Shown: in pieces, positions 12,838-27,570 of the stretch
Numbering within the stretch: the first letter of the stretch is position 1
How the letters are laid out: each line of letters opens with the position of its first letter
NCBI RefSeq assembly: GCF_963921235.1
Contig: NC_086097.1
Location: forward strand, 80,788,001 to 80,852,000
Source: Mobula hypostoma
Lineage: Eukaryota
Direction of reading: 5' to 3'
Length of the DNA stretch: 64,000 nt
Translations under genes and position numbers: made by a program
Notes under the pieces: model-generated
What the model saw: the letters and a program-made list of their open reading frames with translations, nothing else
Database searches by the model: none
What the model was told of the DNA's origin: nothing

Positions 12838-15825
12838 CAGAAACAGGTTTGTTATCACCGGCATCTGAAGTGAAATTTGTTAACTTAGCAGAAGCAGTTC
12901 AATGCAATACATAATCTAGAAGAGAAAAAAATAATAAATAAAATAATAAGAATAATAATAAATAAGTAAATCAATTACAGTATAGGTATTGTTACGAGAA
13001 TACACATAAAATTAAGATGTTTGCTGGCCTGGGTTAGCATCAGTGACATCAGCAGTTGGTCTGCCACCTGCCCTCAGGGGAAGGAGAGATAAGGAACAAT
13101 GGAGCAGCGTCTGGAGATGTGTAATGAAGGGACGTGGGAGAGAGAGAGCTGTCTGGAGCCACTCCCCCTTTGAACCCTGAACTGTTTGAAGTGATGGAGA
13201 GGCGATACCCCAGCATGGGGATAAAAAGGGACAGGTTCGCTAAGACAGACACACGCCACCCGAGGTAACGAGACCCTGGAAGCGGTGCGCCTCTCACGAG
13301 TGGGTGAGAAGTATCAGACAACGGCCAGGGTGGAAAGGTACGATCAGCGGGAACCCGGTGTGTGTCCGCCCTTGCCTGGGTGCCGGGTTCACTGCAGAGG
13401 ATCGACCGCATCTGGAGGAGGGGTCACAGTCAGTGACCTCAGGTGACATCACCAAGGACCCACCCAAAAGTTGCTTGTGAGCAATCTCGCCGGTCTGTGA
13501 GTGAAGCTGTGTTCTGAATGATCAGTTGTTCCTGTTCTATCTCTCTCTTCCCCCACGTTGTCCATCGCCATGGCAACGATTACTGCGAACTGAACTGGAC
13601 TGAACTTTGAGTCATTTTGAAATTTGGTCATTTACCCCTAGACAACGATAGAGCTTGATTGATGCTGTTATCTTAATTCTGTGCACATGTGCGTTTATCA
13701 TCGCTGAACTGTTGCATTTATTATCCTTTCGATTACTGTGTTGCTTGTTTCTTTAATAAAACTTTCTTAGTTCTGGTACTCCAGACTCCAACTGAGTGAT
13801 CCATTTCTGCTGGTTTGGCAACCCAGTTACGGGGTACGTAACAGTATATTGAACAGATTAAAAAACATGCAAAAAACAGAAATACCGTGTATTAAAAAAG
13901 TGAGGTATTGTCCAAAGTTTCAATGTCCATTTAGGAATCGGATGGCAGAGAGGAAGAAGCTGTTCCTGAATTGCTGAGTGTGTGTCTTCAGGCTTCTGAA
14001 CCTCCTACCTGATAGTAACAGTGAGAAAAGGGCATGCCCTGGATCCTGAAGGTCCTAAATAATGGATGCTGCCTTTCTGAGACACTGCTTCCTAAGGATG
14101 TCCTGGGTTCTTTGTAGGCTAGTACTCAAGATGGAGCTGCCTAGATTTAAAACCCTCTGCAGCTTCTTTCGGTCCTGTGCAGTAGCCCCCCACCCCCATA
14201 CCAGACAGTGATGCAGCCTGTCAGAATGCTCTCCATGGCACTTCTATAGAAGTATTTGAGTGTATTTGTTGACATACCAAATCCATACCAAATGAAGTAT
14301 AGCCACTGTATTGCCTTCCTTATAACTGCATTGATATGTTGGGACCAGGTTAGATCCTCAGAGATCTTGACACCGAGGAACTTGAAGCTGCTCACTCTCT
14401 CTACTTCTGATCCCTCTATGAGGATTGGTACATGTTCCTTCGTCTTATCCTTCCTGAAGTCCTCAATCAGCTCTTTTGACTTATTAACGTTTGAGTGCAA
14501 TGTTGTGGCTGCGACACCACTCCACTAGTTGGCATATCTCGTTCCTGTGCATCCTCTCGTCTCCATTTGAGATTTTACCAACAAAGCGTTTCATCACTGT
14601 CGATGTGAGTGCTATTGGGTGATAGTCGTTAAGGCAGCTCACATTATTCTTCTTAGGCACTGGTATAATTGTTTCCTTTTTGAAGCAAGTGAGAACTTCT
14701 GTCTATAGCAGCGAGAGGTTGAAGGTGTCCTTGAATACTCCTGCTAGTTGGTTGGCCTTGTGAGGGTTCACTTTAAAGATAACCTAACATCGGCCTCTGA
14801 GATGGAGATCACAGGGTCATCCAGTGCAACAGGCATCTTCACAGCTGTAGTTGTGTTCTCCCTTTCAAAGCGTGCATAGAAGACGTTGAGTTCATCTGGT
14901 AGTGAAGTATCGCTGCTATTCATGCTATTGGGTTTTGCTTTGTAGGAAGTAATGTCTTGTAAACCCTAACAGAGATGTCGTACATCCAATATTGCTTCCA
15001 ACCTCATTCGAAATTGTCTCTTCACCCTTGAAATAGTCCTCCGCAAATCATATCTGGTTTTCTGGTACAGGCCTGGGTCACCAGATGATGTACCTCCTGG
15101 TTCATCCACGGCTTTTGGTTTGGGAATGTACAGTAAGTCTTTGTAGGCACAGACTAATCCACACAGGTTTTAATGAAGTCTGTAACAACTGCAGCATACT
15201 CATCCAGGTTCGAAGATGAAGCCCTGAATACAGTCCAGTCCACCGATTCAAGGCAGTCCTGTAGGCGCTCTTGTGCTTCCCTTGTCCATACCTTCTTGAT
15301 CTTCACTACTGGTGCTGCAGTCTTCAGTCTCTGCCTATACTCAGGGAGTAGAAGTACAGCCAGGTGATCGGACTTCCCGAAGTGAGGGCGTGGAATAGCA
15401 CTGTAGGCATTCTTGATGGTGGTGTAGCAATGGTCCAGTGTGTCGTTTTCTCTGGTATTGCAAGTGATCTGTTGATGGTAATTGCTTAGTGATTTTTTTC
15501 AGACTGGCCTGGTTGAAATCTCCTAAAACAATAGTGAAGGTGTTAGGGTGCGCTATTTCATGCATATTGATCCCATTGCTCAGATCTTCTAAAGCCTGCT
15601 TGATATTGACTTGAGGTGGAAAGTATACCGCTACCAAAATGACCCCGGAGAACTCCCGTGGTAGGTAAAAAGGACCAGCACTAGATATTCCAGGTCTGTT
15701 GAGCAGAATTGGGACAGCACTGATGTATTTGTGCACCAAGAAGAGTTGATCGTGAGGCATACTCCTCCATCTCTGCTTTTGAGAGACTCTATAGATCTAT
15801 CCTGACAGTGTATAGTAAACCCCTT
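12838..15825 (-). mobile_element. Rex1/Babar-type LINE nested in CR1
   Basis: Endonuclease PFYLPREFSGVILVAVYFPPQ...LGDFNQASL and RT C-terminus [23 protein letters not shown]. 3' tail near 12838-12860. Confidence 0.85.
12990..13843 (+). mobile_element. Solo LTR (854 bp; Ty3/Gypsy or ERV type)
   Basis: TGTTACG...CGTAACA inverted termini, 4-bp TSD gtat (12986-12989 and 13844-13847), TATA-like gataaaaa near 13220, AATAAA at 13755-13760. Confidence 0.9.
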
Positions 15826-18479
15826 ATATAAACATATTGGTACCAATGACATAGGAAGGAAAAGCAAAGAGGTCATGAAAAGAGAATTTAGAGAGCTCGG
15901 TAGAATGCTGAGAAGCAGGACTTCCAGGATAGTAATATCTGAAATTTCTGCCTGTGCCACACACCAGTGAGGGTAGAAACAGGATGATTTGGTGGATTAA
16001 TGCATTCTGAGCAGAAGGTGCAGGGGGCAGGGCTTCAGGTTATTGGATCATTGGGATGTCTTCTGGGGAAGGTGTGACCTGCACAAAAGTGACGGGTTGC
16101 ACCTGAACCTGAGGTGGACAAATATCCTCACGGGCAGGTTTGTTAGAGCTGTTGGGGAGGGGAAACTAATTTGGCAGGGAGGTGGGAACCGGAGTGATGG
16201 GACTCAGGATAGGACAGATGGTAAAAAAGCAAAGACAGCATGCAGTCAGACTGTTAGGAAGGGGAGGCTGATGATGGGACAAAATTGCAGCCAGTACGGA
16301 GAATATCAGTGCATTAAGGATGCAAAATCAAAAAGGGTAGTAAATACAGTATCAAAGTGTTATATCTCAATGCACAGAGTAAAAGAAATAAGGTGGATGA
16401 TCTTATTGCATCATTACAGATGTCAGGTATGATTGTCAGATTGCTGTCACTGAATTGTGGTTGAAGGATAGTTGTAGTTGGGAGCTGAATGTCCAAGGTT
16501 ACACATGGTATTGGAGGGATAGGAAGGTAGGCGGAGGGATAGGAAGGTAGGCAGAGGGGGTGGCATGACTCTACTGGTAAAGAATGGCATCAAATCAGTA
16601 GAAAAATGTGCCATAGGATCGGAAGATGTTGAATCCTTGTGGACTGTATTAAGAAACTGCAAGGGTAAAAGGACCCTGATGGCAGTTATATACAGGCCTC
16701 CCAACAGTAGCTGGGATGTGGACCACAGATTACAGTGGGAAATAGAAAAGGCATGTCAAAAGGGCAATGTTATGATAGTCAAGAGAGATTTCAACATGCA
16801 GGTCAATTGGGAAAATCAGTTTGGTAATGGATCTCAAGAGAATGAGTTTGTTGAATGCCCAAGAGATGGCTTTTTAGAGCAGTTTGTCGTTGAACCTACT
16901 GAAGGATCAGTATGCTCATACTGGATTGGGTGTTACGTAAATTGGGTGCTTAGGGAGCTTAAGGTAAAAGAACCCTTAGAGGCAGTGATCACAATATGAT
17001 TGAGTTCAACATGAAATTTAATAGGGAGAAATTAAAGTCTGGCATAGCTGTATTTCAGTGGAGTAAATGAAATGACAGTGGTATGAGAGAGGAGTTGGCC
17101 AAAGTAAATTAGAAGGAGATGCTGGCAGGGATGAAAGCAGAACAGCAATTGCGTGAGTTTCTGGGGAAAATAAGGAAGGTGCAGGATAGATGTATTCCAA
17201 AAACGAAGAAATACTCAAGTGGCTAAATCGTACAACCATGGCTGACAAGGGAAGCCAAAGCTAATGTAAAAGCAAAAGAGAGGGCATGCGACAAAACAAA
17301 AATTAGTGGGAAGACAGAATATTGGAGAGCTTTCAAAACATGACAGAGAGTAACTAAAAGAATCATTAAGGAGGAAGAATATGAAATCAAGCTATAGTGG
17401 GAATAAAAGGATCTTTTTCTGGTCAGCTGCCAGTGACTGGTGGTGTTCCACAGAGGTCATTCTGGGGACCGCTTCTTTTTACACTGCATATCAATGATTT
17501 AGATGGAGGAATAGATGACTTTGTCACCAAATTTGCAGATGATATGAAGATGAGTGGAGGGGAAGGTAGTGTTGAGGAAACAGAAAGGCTGCAGAAGGAT
17601 TTAGACAGATTAGGAGAATGGACAAGAGAGTGGCAAATGAAATACAATATTGGAAAATGCATGGTCATGCACTATAGTAGTAGAAATAAATGTGCAGAAT
17701 ATTTTCTAACAGGGAGAAAATCCAAAAACCTGAGAAGCAAAGGGACTTGGGAGTCCTTGTGCAGAATACCCTAAAGGGTAACTTGGTGGAAGAGTCGGTG
17801 GTGAGGAAAGCAAATGCAGTGTTAGCATTCATTTCAGGAGGTCTAGGATACAAGAGCAGAGATGTGATGCTGAGGCTTTATAAGATACTAGTGAGGCCTC
17901 ACCTTGAGTATTGTGAACTGTTCTGGGCTCCTCATCTGAGAAAAGATGTGCTGGCATTGGAGAGGGTCCAGAGGAGATTCACCAGGATGATTCTGAGAGT
18001 GAAGGGGGTTATCATACCAGGAACGTTTGATGGCTCTGGGTCTTTACTCACTGGAATTTAGAAAGATGAGGGGGGATCTCACTGAATCTTTCCAAATGCT
18101 GAAAGGCCTAAACAGAGTAGATATGGGAAGGATGTTTCCCATGGTGGGTGAGTCTGGGACAAGAGGGCATAGTGTCAGGATAGAGGGCCACCCTTTCAAA
18201 ACAGAGATGTGGAGAAATTTCTTTAGCCAGAAGGTGGTGAATTTGTGGAATTTATTACCACAGCAGCTGTGGCCAGGTCATTGGGTATAGAGGCCGAGCT
18301 TGACAGGTTCTTGATTGGGCACAGCATCAAAGGTTACAGGGAGAAGGCCAGGGAGCAGGGCTGAGAAGGGAAAGAAAGGATCAGCTATGATTGAATTGTG
18401 GAGCAGAACTGATGGGCCAAATGGCCTAATTCTGCTCCAATGTCTTATGGTCTTTTGGGACAGCAATTAAAGCAAAAGA

Positions 18480-20048
18480 TTTCTGGGAAGCCTTTAACAG
18501 CCAACAAAGGACAACTAAAAAAGTGTAAAGGAGGAGAATATGAAATATGAAGGTAAACTAGAAAATAATATGAAAAAAGACTACAAAAGTATTTCCACAT
18601 AAAGGATGAGAGGTGAAAGTGGAGATTGGGCTGTTTGAAAATGATGCTGGAGAAGTAGTAGAAAAGGCAGAGGAGCTCAATAAGTACTTTGTGTCAGTAT
18701 TCACCGTGGAAGTCACCGATAGCATGACAGAGGTGAGTGTAGTGGCCATTACCTAAGGAGAAGGTGCTGGGCAAGCTGAAAAGCCTGAACCTCGACTAAA
18801 TGGATTACATCCAGGGTCGTGAAAGAGGTCACTGTAGAGTTGTGGAGATATTAGTAGTGATCTTTCACTACTACTGCTTGGCATTGAACCACAACAAATT
18901 CTGTTATGTTTCACATACTGGCAATAGAGTGATTTTGATTCTAATTGTGACAAGGTGCACACACTAGATAACAGCCCATGGTGTTAGAAGCATCAATAGA
19001 AGATAGGCTGATGGGCAGAAGTCAGAGGGTGTCAATAAAGGATCCTTTACAGATTGGTGACCAGTGGAATTGTGCAGGGTCAATGTTGGGACTGCAGCTT
19101 TTCACTTTATACATTAATGATCTGAATGAAGAAACTGGTGACTTTGTGGTGAAATTCACAGATGATGCCAAAATAGGTGGAGAACAGGTAGTGCTGCGGG
19201 AGCAGGGAATCTGCAGAAGGACTTGGACAGATTGGGAGAGTGGGCATAGAAGTGGCAGATGGAATATAGTGTAGAGAAGTGTCGGGTTTCTCTACACTTT
19301 GGGAGGAGAAATTAAGGTGTAGACTATTTTCTAAGTGGAGAGAACATTCAGAAATCAGAGGTGCAAAGGGACTTGGGAGTCCTAGTTGAGAATTCCTTTA
19401 AGGATAACTTGCCAATTTAATTGATAGTAAGGAAGGCAAGAGGGCGAGGATATAAATGCAAGGATATAATGCTGAGGCTTTAGAAGGCATTGGTCAAAAC
19501 ACATTTGGAATATTGGGAGCAATTTCAGGCTCACATCTAAGAAAGGATGTGCTGGACATAAAGAGGGCTCAGAGGAGGTTCACAAGAATGTTTTCAGGAA
19601 TGAAAGGCTTAACATATGAGGAGTATTTGATGTCTCTGGCTCTGCACTCAGTGGAATTAAAAGGGTGGAGTGCGGGGAATCTCATTGAAACTTACCCGAT
19701 ACTGAAAGGCCTGGATAGAGTGAATGTGTAGAGGATGTTTTCATGTGTAGGAGAGTGTAGGATCTAAGGGTATAGCCTCAGAGTAAAGGGAAATGCCTTT
19801 AAAACTGAAATGATGAGGAATGGTGGTGGTGAATCTGGTGAATTCGTTGTCACAGAGTACTGCAAAGGCCAAGTCATTGGGTGCATTTAAGGCAGAGATT
19901 GATGCATTCTTTATTAGTAAGCAGGATTAAGGGTACTAAGGAGAAGGTGGGAGTATAGGGTTAAAAAAAAATCAGCCATGATTAAATGATGGAGCAGACT
20001 CCTTGGGCTGAATAGCCTAATTCTGCTGCTATATATTATGATCTAATG
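18480..20048 (+). mobile_element. Degraded CR1 ORF2 and 3' end
   Basis: GSMLGLQLFTLYINDL...KFTDDAKIGG and AQRRFTRMFSGMKGL. CR1 3' UTR ctaattctgctgct. Confidence 0.8.
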
Positions 20049-21149
20049 AAAATCTAGTGTTTTCAAATTTAAAAAATCACGGTCCCATGAAGTAATGGCT
20101 AACTTTTCCTTGTCTGGCTTTTCAATTATCTCACCAACTTCTCAATTATCTCATCTTCCTTGGTTTCACCTTATAAGTCAGTGGACTGCAAAATTAGCCT
20201 TATAACAAAAACACAGTAAAACTGTGTATTTCTGAATGCCAACTGATAGCTGGAATCATGATTTGATGATTGTTATTGATCTGCAGAAGTTCACGAAGAC
20301 GGAGGAGTTACATCTTTGAAAGCCCAGCACAATTAGACATTTCCCAAATGAATGTGACATATAATAAAGCTTTCTGTTTTACATGAAGTGATAATAGGAA
20401 TATATCTAATGCATACTCAGTATTACTGTACTAAAAGGAAGAGTTTCACTGGATCTACCACTGAGCATACAGTAATAGTGTACAAAGTATTCACCTATTT
20501 AGGCAGTTCCTGGGGATGCAGAAAAACTTGCTTGTCTCCTGTGTTTGTGAGTTGTAGAGCGACAGTTGAGGTCTCCTTCAGAGAGGGGAAAGGAGGTTCC
20601 TGATGGGGAGAGTGGGTGGGTAGTTTGCAGGGTACTCCACTGCTTCCACTATTTAAACTGGGCTCTGTGTACTCTTGACACGTGGACCTGAAATCCTTAA
20701 AACCACAGGAGTGCTCCTCTCTGTGGTATTGTCATATGCCAGAGATGTCCAGGAGTCGATAAGGATGCTTCAATTTTCGAGGAGGTTTTGAGGAACGTGT
20801 ATTCTTTTTTATGCACACGCATTCACTCACACTTCAGGTGATGCTGTCACATCCTTGTGGAAGGCCTTGCAGGTTTCAATCCCACTCCAAAGATGACACT
20901 CTACTCTACCACTGCTGTTACTTAGATAAATGTGGTTTTACAAGAGACCCCTTTGCCTATTCAAGCTGCAATAGGAGATTCTATTGTTGTATTTTAAACA
21001 AGATGAGGACATTCTCTCTCATATTCATCTTTAACTAACCAACAGAAATGATAACTCTACTTCTCCTTCAGGCCTGCTGGAATTTTCTGGTACTTTCAGC
21101 GAATGAAGTGAGCTTGGTGATATTTTTGAAAGGGAGAATACAATTGCAG

Positions 21150-22463
21150 CTGTGAAGATCCCTGCTGCACTTGATGACGCTGTGATCTCTGTCTTAGAGG
21201 CCGATGTTAGGCTGCCTTTAAAGAGAGTGAACCCTCGCAAGGCGGAAGGTCCCAGTGGAATACCTGGTAAGGCTCTGAAAACCTTAGGATGCTGTTCATC
21301 GACTATAGCTCAGCGTTTAAGACCATCATTCCCACAATCTTGATTGAGAAGTTGCAGAACCTGGGCCTGTGTACCTCCCTCTATAATTCGATCCTCTACT
21401 TCCTAACCAGAAGACCACAATCTGTGCGGATTGGTGATAACATATCCTCCTCGCTGACGATCAACACTGGCGCACCTCAGGTGTGTGTGCTTAGCCCACT
21501 GCTCTACTCTCTCTATACCCATGACTGTCTGGCTAGGCATAGCTCAAATACCATCTATAAATTTGCTGATGATACAACCATTATTGGTAGAATCTCAGGT
21601 GATAATGAGAGGGGGTACAGGAGTGAGATATGCCAGCTAGTGGAGTGGTACTGCAGGAACAACCTGGCACTCAACGTCAGTAAGATGGAAGAGCTGATTG
21701 TGGACTTCAGGAAGGGTAAGATGAAGGAACACATACCAATCCTGATAGAGGGATCAGAAGTGGAGAGAGTGAGTAATTCCCAGTTCCAGGGTGTCAAAAT
21801 CTCTGAGGATCTAACCTGGTCCCAACATATCGATGCAGTTATAAAGAAGGCAAGACAGTGGCTGTATTTCATTAGGAGCTTGAAGAGATTTGGTATGTCA
21901 ACAAAAACACTCAAAAACGTCTGTAGATGTAGTGTGGAGGGCATTCTGACGGGCTGCATCACTGTCTGGTATGGGGCGGCGGGGGCCGGGGGTGCTACTG
22001 CACAGGATTGAAAGAAGTTGTAAATTTAGTCACTTGGGCACTAGCCTACAAAGTACCCAGGACATCTTCAAGTAGCAGTGTCTCAGAAAAGCAGTGTCCA
22101 GTATTAAGAACTTTCAGCACCCAGGGCATGCCCTTTTCTCACTGTTACTATCAGGAATGAGGTACAGAAGCCTGAAGGCACACACTCAGTGATTCAGGAA
22201 TGGCTTCTTCCCCTCTGCCATTCAATCCCTAAATGGACATTGAACCCTTGGACACTACCTCACTTTTTTAATATATAGTATTTCTGTTTTTTGCATGATG
22301 TTGATCTAGTCAATATATGTATACAGTAATTTATTTATTTATTTATTTATTTATTATTTTATTTTGTTTTTATTCTTCTATATTATGTATTGCATTGAAC
22401 TGCTGCTACTAAGTTAGCAAATTTCACATCACATGCTGGTGATAATAAACCTGATTCTGAATC
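21150..22463 (+). mobile_element. Rex1/Babar-type LINE (RT domain plus 3' tail)
   Basis: 240-aa [18 protein letters not shown]...[22 protein letters not shown]...KFADDTT and aataaacctgattctgaatct tail. Confidence 0.9.
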
Positions 22464-23764
22464 TAAGGTGAGGGGATGGGGGAATGGAACTTAAACATAG
22501 AACATGGTAGCATCAATGTAAAGCAAGTAAACAGCTCTGTTCTGGGCAACTTCAAGTTGTCCAAGAATGTTCCTAGAAAATTAGCTTTGCCTTTATGGTG
22601 AATTTGCTGCATTCAAACTAACCTGCGTGAGCTTGGATCCTTTTGAAAGAGCTGGGTGCCTAGATCTAGCCTGCAAGCTCTTGCAAAGGAAACACTTATG
22701 ACTAGATTAATTGTAACGCAGTATTGGAAATATCAGCATTGGTTTCTGGTAGCAAAGATTTTATCCATGATTTAATACTCAAATGGAATGCCAACAGTGA
22801 AAATGAACAATTTATCAATCTTTTTATTTTTGCACCATTCTTGCCAGAAACTTATTTTGTGAGAAATGAAGAGTGAAAGCATGATAGCATTTCTAGCAGG
22901 CTTTTCAAACTCCCAGCCCTTTGATATTTGATTTGCTTCATGTTTCTCAGAGTATTTCATAACCTTGAAGATACTCAGTTTGTCAAAATTCTGTCAATTG
23001 AATTATCGTGTTTACTCAGGCAAGAGGAGAGAGAAATATATTTGCTGATAATATTTTCAGAGTACAAGGATCATTGTTATTTATGGTTAGAAAAGGTAGG
23101 ACACATCCACACTCTGTATTGACTCGTATCTAATTTAACAGGTTTGGACAGCTGTTCTGCTTGTCGGCAGATAGAATTTATTCCAAGTCTGGACTTTTAG
23201 AAAGAACTGAGTATGAAAGCATATGGCATTAATGTGAGTGACTGAGAAACTCTGGAACAGAATTAACATGAAATCTTCAACTGGAGCAACAGAACTTTCT
23301 AACACCAAACATTTTTTTTAAGGCCTTGTTAAGTAATGCGTGCAGGTCCATTCTCTTAGCCTTTGATGGGATATATTTATGACAGAGAGAATACAATGAA
23401 AATGCACCAGATTCACCAGGAACTTGCCTAAGAGGAGAAATCAAGCAGGATGGGTTGATCTCTCTAAAATTTAGGAGATGACCTTATTGCAAAACAAAAT
23501 TTTTTAAGAGCTTTGAGGGATGATGGCTCACCAGGAAGGGAACTAGAATTTCAAAATAAGGGATTGATTATTCAGAACTATTATTGAAAGTATGATCTTC
23601 TCCCAAAAGGTATCAACCGAAGAGAGCCCTCGAGGCTAAGTTGTTGAGTAAATTCAAGGCAAATATTGATAGATTCTTGGATATTAAAAGAATAAAGGGA
23701 TGAAGATCAGCCATGATCCTGTTGAGTGGTAGAGTACATACAGATCATAAACTATTTTATTGAT

Positions 23765-24058
23765 TTGTTTGTTTATTTATTTATAGATACAGCAGAGGAA
23801 TGAGCCCTTCCAGCCCAGCAAACCCGCATTGCCCAATTACACCCATTTTACCAATGAACGTATTCACAATTTTATTAATTTTATAATAGAAATACTAATT
23901 TCAATTAACCTACCAACCTCTACGTCTTTAGAATGTGGGAGGAAATTGGAGCCTCTGGAAGAAATCAACACGGTCACGGGGAGAACATACAAATTATTTA
24001 CAGACAGCAGTGGATTTGAACTCGGGTCACTGTAATAACATTACTCTAACTGCTATGT
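23765..24058 (-). mobile_element. tRNA-derived V-SINE (HE1-like)
   Basis: Minus strand has a B-box-like gttcaaatcc, a V-domain-like core (ttctccccgtgaccgtg...ttcctcccacattctaaagacgta) and an (aaat)n tail. Confidence 0.7.
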
Positions 24059-25799
24059 TTTCTACCACCAATTGATCACCAATAAACTCAATCAAAGAAG
24101 GATTTTAAGTGATGCCTGATTTCACAAGTTAGAACTTTTAGTTCTGTACCTTTGAGTTTTTGTTTAGGGTTTGACTCATGCTTTAGGCAACTTACTGCTG
24201 CAATGAAACCCACAAAACTGCTGCACCCATTTACTGTAAGTAGACATCAGATGCCAGTAATAAAAGAAATGATTGACTCTATATTGGAGGATCACACCCT
24301 ACCAATGTGAACTACGCAGAAGCTTTGGTTTTTGTCTAGCAACATATGTCAAGTTGATGAGGTGGTCTGCTTCCTGTCCAAGATACTGATGGCCGTTTGG
24401 CAGCAGTAACACTGGAAGCAGAAACTGCTTCATTATAATGCAGTGATAATCAATTTATTGGACAGTACTGACCTAAAGTGGATGGCAGTCATTTCTTGTC
24501 AAAACCAATCCTACGATTTGTTGGGTCTAAGGTGATGAGGGGCCAGGAAGGAAGCTCTTCTTCCAGAAAATGAAAGCAGAACACACAATTCTCTCTGGAG
24601 TGGCTGACAGTGAGAGCTTTGTATTTTTATTTACAACCATGAAGCAATTCTGCTGCAGGGAAAATAGGAGGCAATTTGTGGGGGAATGGGGCTGCTGTGT
24701 GAGACAGCACATAGACTTGATGGGACAAAATAACGCACTTCCATGTCTTGAAAAATGTGAAGTAAGAAACACTTAAGTAAAATGAATTCCTCCCAAGAGA
24801 TAAATGGCCTTGTTTTCTCCATAACTTATACTTAAGCAGCAGTTGTAGTTAGATGGATAACAAGAAAACTTGCTGTTTTGCTGGTTGGACAGTGATACCA
24901 GGGAATGTGTAAGACAACTGCCTGCAGATTCTATTCATTTGCAGTGGGTAACCTCTTGAGTCCCACGTGCCACCTCACAGTGTTTTAATGATCAAGGCAG
25001 TGATCTCAGCAAATGGCAGATGTACCATATATCTTCCAATCATTTGGCACAGGCCAAATATATTGGGCTGCAAGATAGTGAACACTGACAACAGATGACA
25101 AATGTCATTACCTGAACTGGATGAAAATACTGATGAAAAGCAAGCAAGCAATAAATTCAGCATCCAACCATGCATCTCTGTGCTGACTGCACCACAGGTA
25201 TGTAGACTGAATTACTACATTTAGAACTACTTCCACGGGAGGCTGTTTGGTCCATCATCTCTGAAACAGCTACGCTGTGCCATATTCATTTGTTGAGGAC
25301 TAAATCAGTGGCTTTCTGGTCCTGTGACCAAGGAAAGTGCAAGAAGTTTTGGTTTGACCTCTGTGAAGCCATCTCATGTGCAAAGTGGCAATTCCAGACC
25401 AAACTTGAATCAAAGAAGGATGCTTGACAGTTGTGGCAGGGCTTGAATGTTAAATAATAAAACCAAGTAGCACAGACGACAAAAAAATTTCACTCCCCAG
25501 TTGAGCTCAATGCCTTTTATGCTCACTCTGACCAACATACAATGGAGACACCTTCACAAACTTCCACAGCCTCTAATAACCCTTTGAGTTCAGTCTCTGA
25601 GGCTGATGTGAGAACATCCTTTAGGAGAGTGAACATATAGAAAGCAGGTGGTCCTGCAAATATGAAAGAACTATACTAATCAACTGGCTGGAGAGTTTTC
25701 TGATATTTACAAATGCTCTCTTCAGCATACTGAGGGAACCTCCTACTTCAAGTGGGCTTCAATCATACTGGTGCCCAAGAAGAACATGGCAACTTGCTA

Positions 25800-26608
25800 C
25801 AATGGGATAGGGAAGTGTATGGTCATGTGCTTTGGTAGAAGAAATAAAGGAGTAAACTATTTTCTAAATGGGGAGAAAATTCAGAAATCAGAGATACAAA
25901 GGGACTTGGGAGTCCTCATGCAGGATTCTCTAAATGATAACGTGCAGGCTGAGCTGGTGGTAAGGTAGGCAAATACAATGATGTCATTCATTTTAAGAGG
26001 ACTAGAAGATAAAAGCAAGGGTGTAATGCGGAATATTTATCAGGCATTGGTCAACAACACTTGAGAGTATTGTGAGCTGTTTTAGGCCCCTTAACTAAGA
26101 AGAGATGTGTTGACATTGATGGGGATGTTCACAAGAATGATTCTGGGAATGAAAGGATTAATGTCTGTGGAACGTTTGATGGCTCTGGGCCTGTACTTGC
26201 TGGAGGTCAGAAGAATGAAGGGGATCTCATTGAAACCTACTGGATTTTGACAGGCAGGATACAGTAGATATGGAGAAGATGTTTTCTGTAGTGGGGAAAT
26301 TCAGGACCATAGCGTACAGCTTCAGAATAGTGGGATGTCCTGTTAGAACAGATATGAGAAATTTCTTAAGCCAGAGGGTGGTGAATCTGTGGAGTTCTTT
26401 GCCACAGATAGCTGTGGAAGCTAAGTCATTGGGTGTATTTAATGCACAGGTTGATAGGTTCTTGATAACTAAGGCTGGCAAAGGTTATGAGGAGAAAGCA
26501 GGAGAAAGAAGTCAAGAGGAATAATAAATCAGCCATGATGGAAAGGTGGAGCAGACACGAGGGGCTGAATGGCCTAATTCTTCTCCTATGTCTTATGGTT
26601 TTATGGTC
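25800..26608 (+). mobile_element. CR1 3' fragment nested in Rex1
   Basis: YFLNGEKIQKSEIQRDLGVL, SQRVVNLWSSLP and tcttatggttttatggt tail. Confidence 0.85.
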
Positions 26609-27570
26609 TCAATGACTATTGTACAGTAGCAGCTACATCCACTGTGAGATGGAAGTCATGAAACATATCAACTTCTGCCAGAGGAGTGACTTAGATCCAC
26701 TCCATTTTGCCAACCATCACAACAGGTCAACAGCAGATGCCATTTCATAGGCTCTTCCTTCAACTCTGGAACATCTGGACAGTGAAGATATATTGACTAC
26801 AACTCTGTATTCAACATTATTATACCCTCAAAACTAATCAATAAGCTCTAAGACCAAGGCCTCAATAATTCCTTGTTCAACTGGATCCTTGATTTCCTCG
26901 TTTGCAGACACAAATCAGTTCAGATTGGCCACATCTCCTCCAGAATCATCATCAGCACAGGTACACCACAAGGCTTAGCCCCCTGTCTACTTGCTTTATA
27001 CTTATGACTGTGAGGCTAAGTACATCTCCAATACCATATTCAAATTTGCCGATGACACCATTGTTGCTTCCTAATTCAAGGGTGTTGGCTTATAGGAGAG
27101 AGAGTGAAAATCTGGTTGAATGGTGCCTCAACAACTACCTCATACTCAATGTCTGCAAAACCAAGAAGCCGAGGAGGAAGAAACTAGAGAGCCAATAGCC
27201 AGTCCTCTTCAAGGGGTCGGTGGTGGAGAGGGTCAGTAATTTTAAATTCCTCGGCATAATAATTTCAAAGGGTCTGTCCTGGGACCGGTACGTAAGTGGC
27301 ATTACAAAGAAGGCACTTTCCCTACTTCCTTAGAAGTTTGCATCCATTCAGCATATCATCTAAAACTTTGACAAACTTCTATAGATGTGTGGTGGAGAGT
27401 ATGTTAACTGGATACATCATGGCCTGGTATGGAAACACCAATGCACATGAATTGAAAAAACCTACAAAAAGTAGTGGATACAGTCCAGTCTATCACAGGA
27501 AAAACCCTCCCCACCATTGAGCACACCTACAAGGAGAGCGACCACAAGAAAGCAGAACCCAATATCAAGA

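Larger units (their letters stand above)
12110..18452 (+). mobile_element. Near-full-length degraded CR1 (5' UTR, ORF1 with coiled coil and GDSL/SGNH esterase, ORF2), split by nested insertions
   Basis: ORF1 reads CIRLQLLEDHVRDLEQQLDDL, then VLGDSIVRG near 12670. Host sequence ggtacat|...|acatattggtaccaatgac rejoins across 12838-15831. Endonuclease IYRPPNS, RT KFADD, and a tcttatggtctt 3' tail. Confidence 0.85.

Noticed and set aside
13049..13411. 120-aa ORF inside the solo LTR
   Set aside because: No gag, pol or env motifs. GC-rich LTR sequence readily gives open frames.
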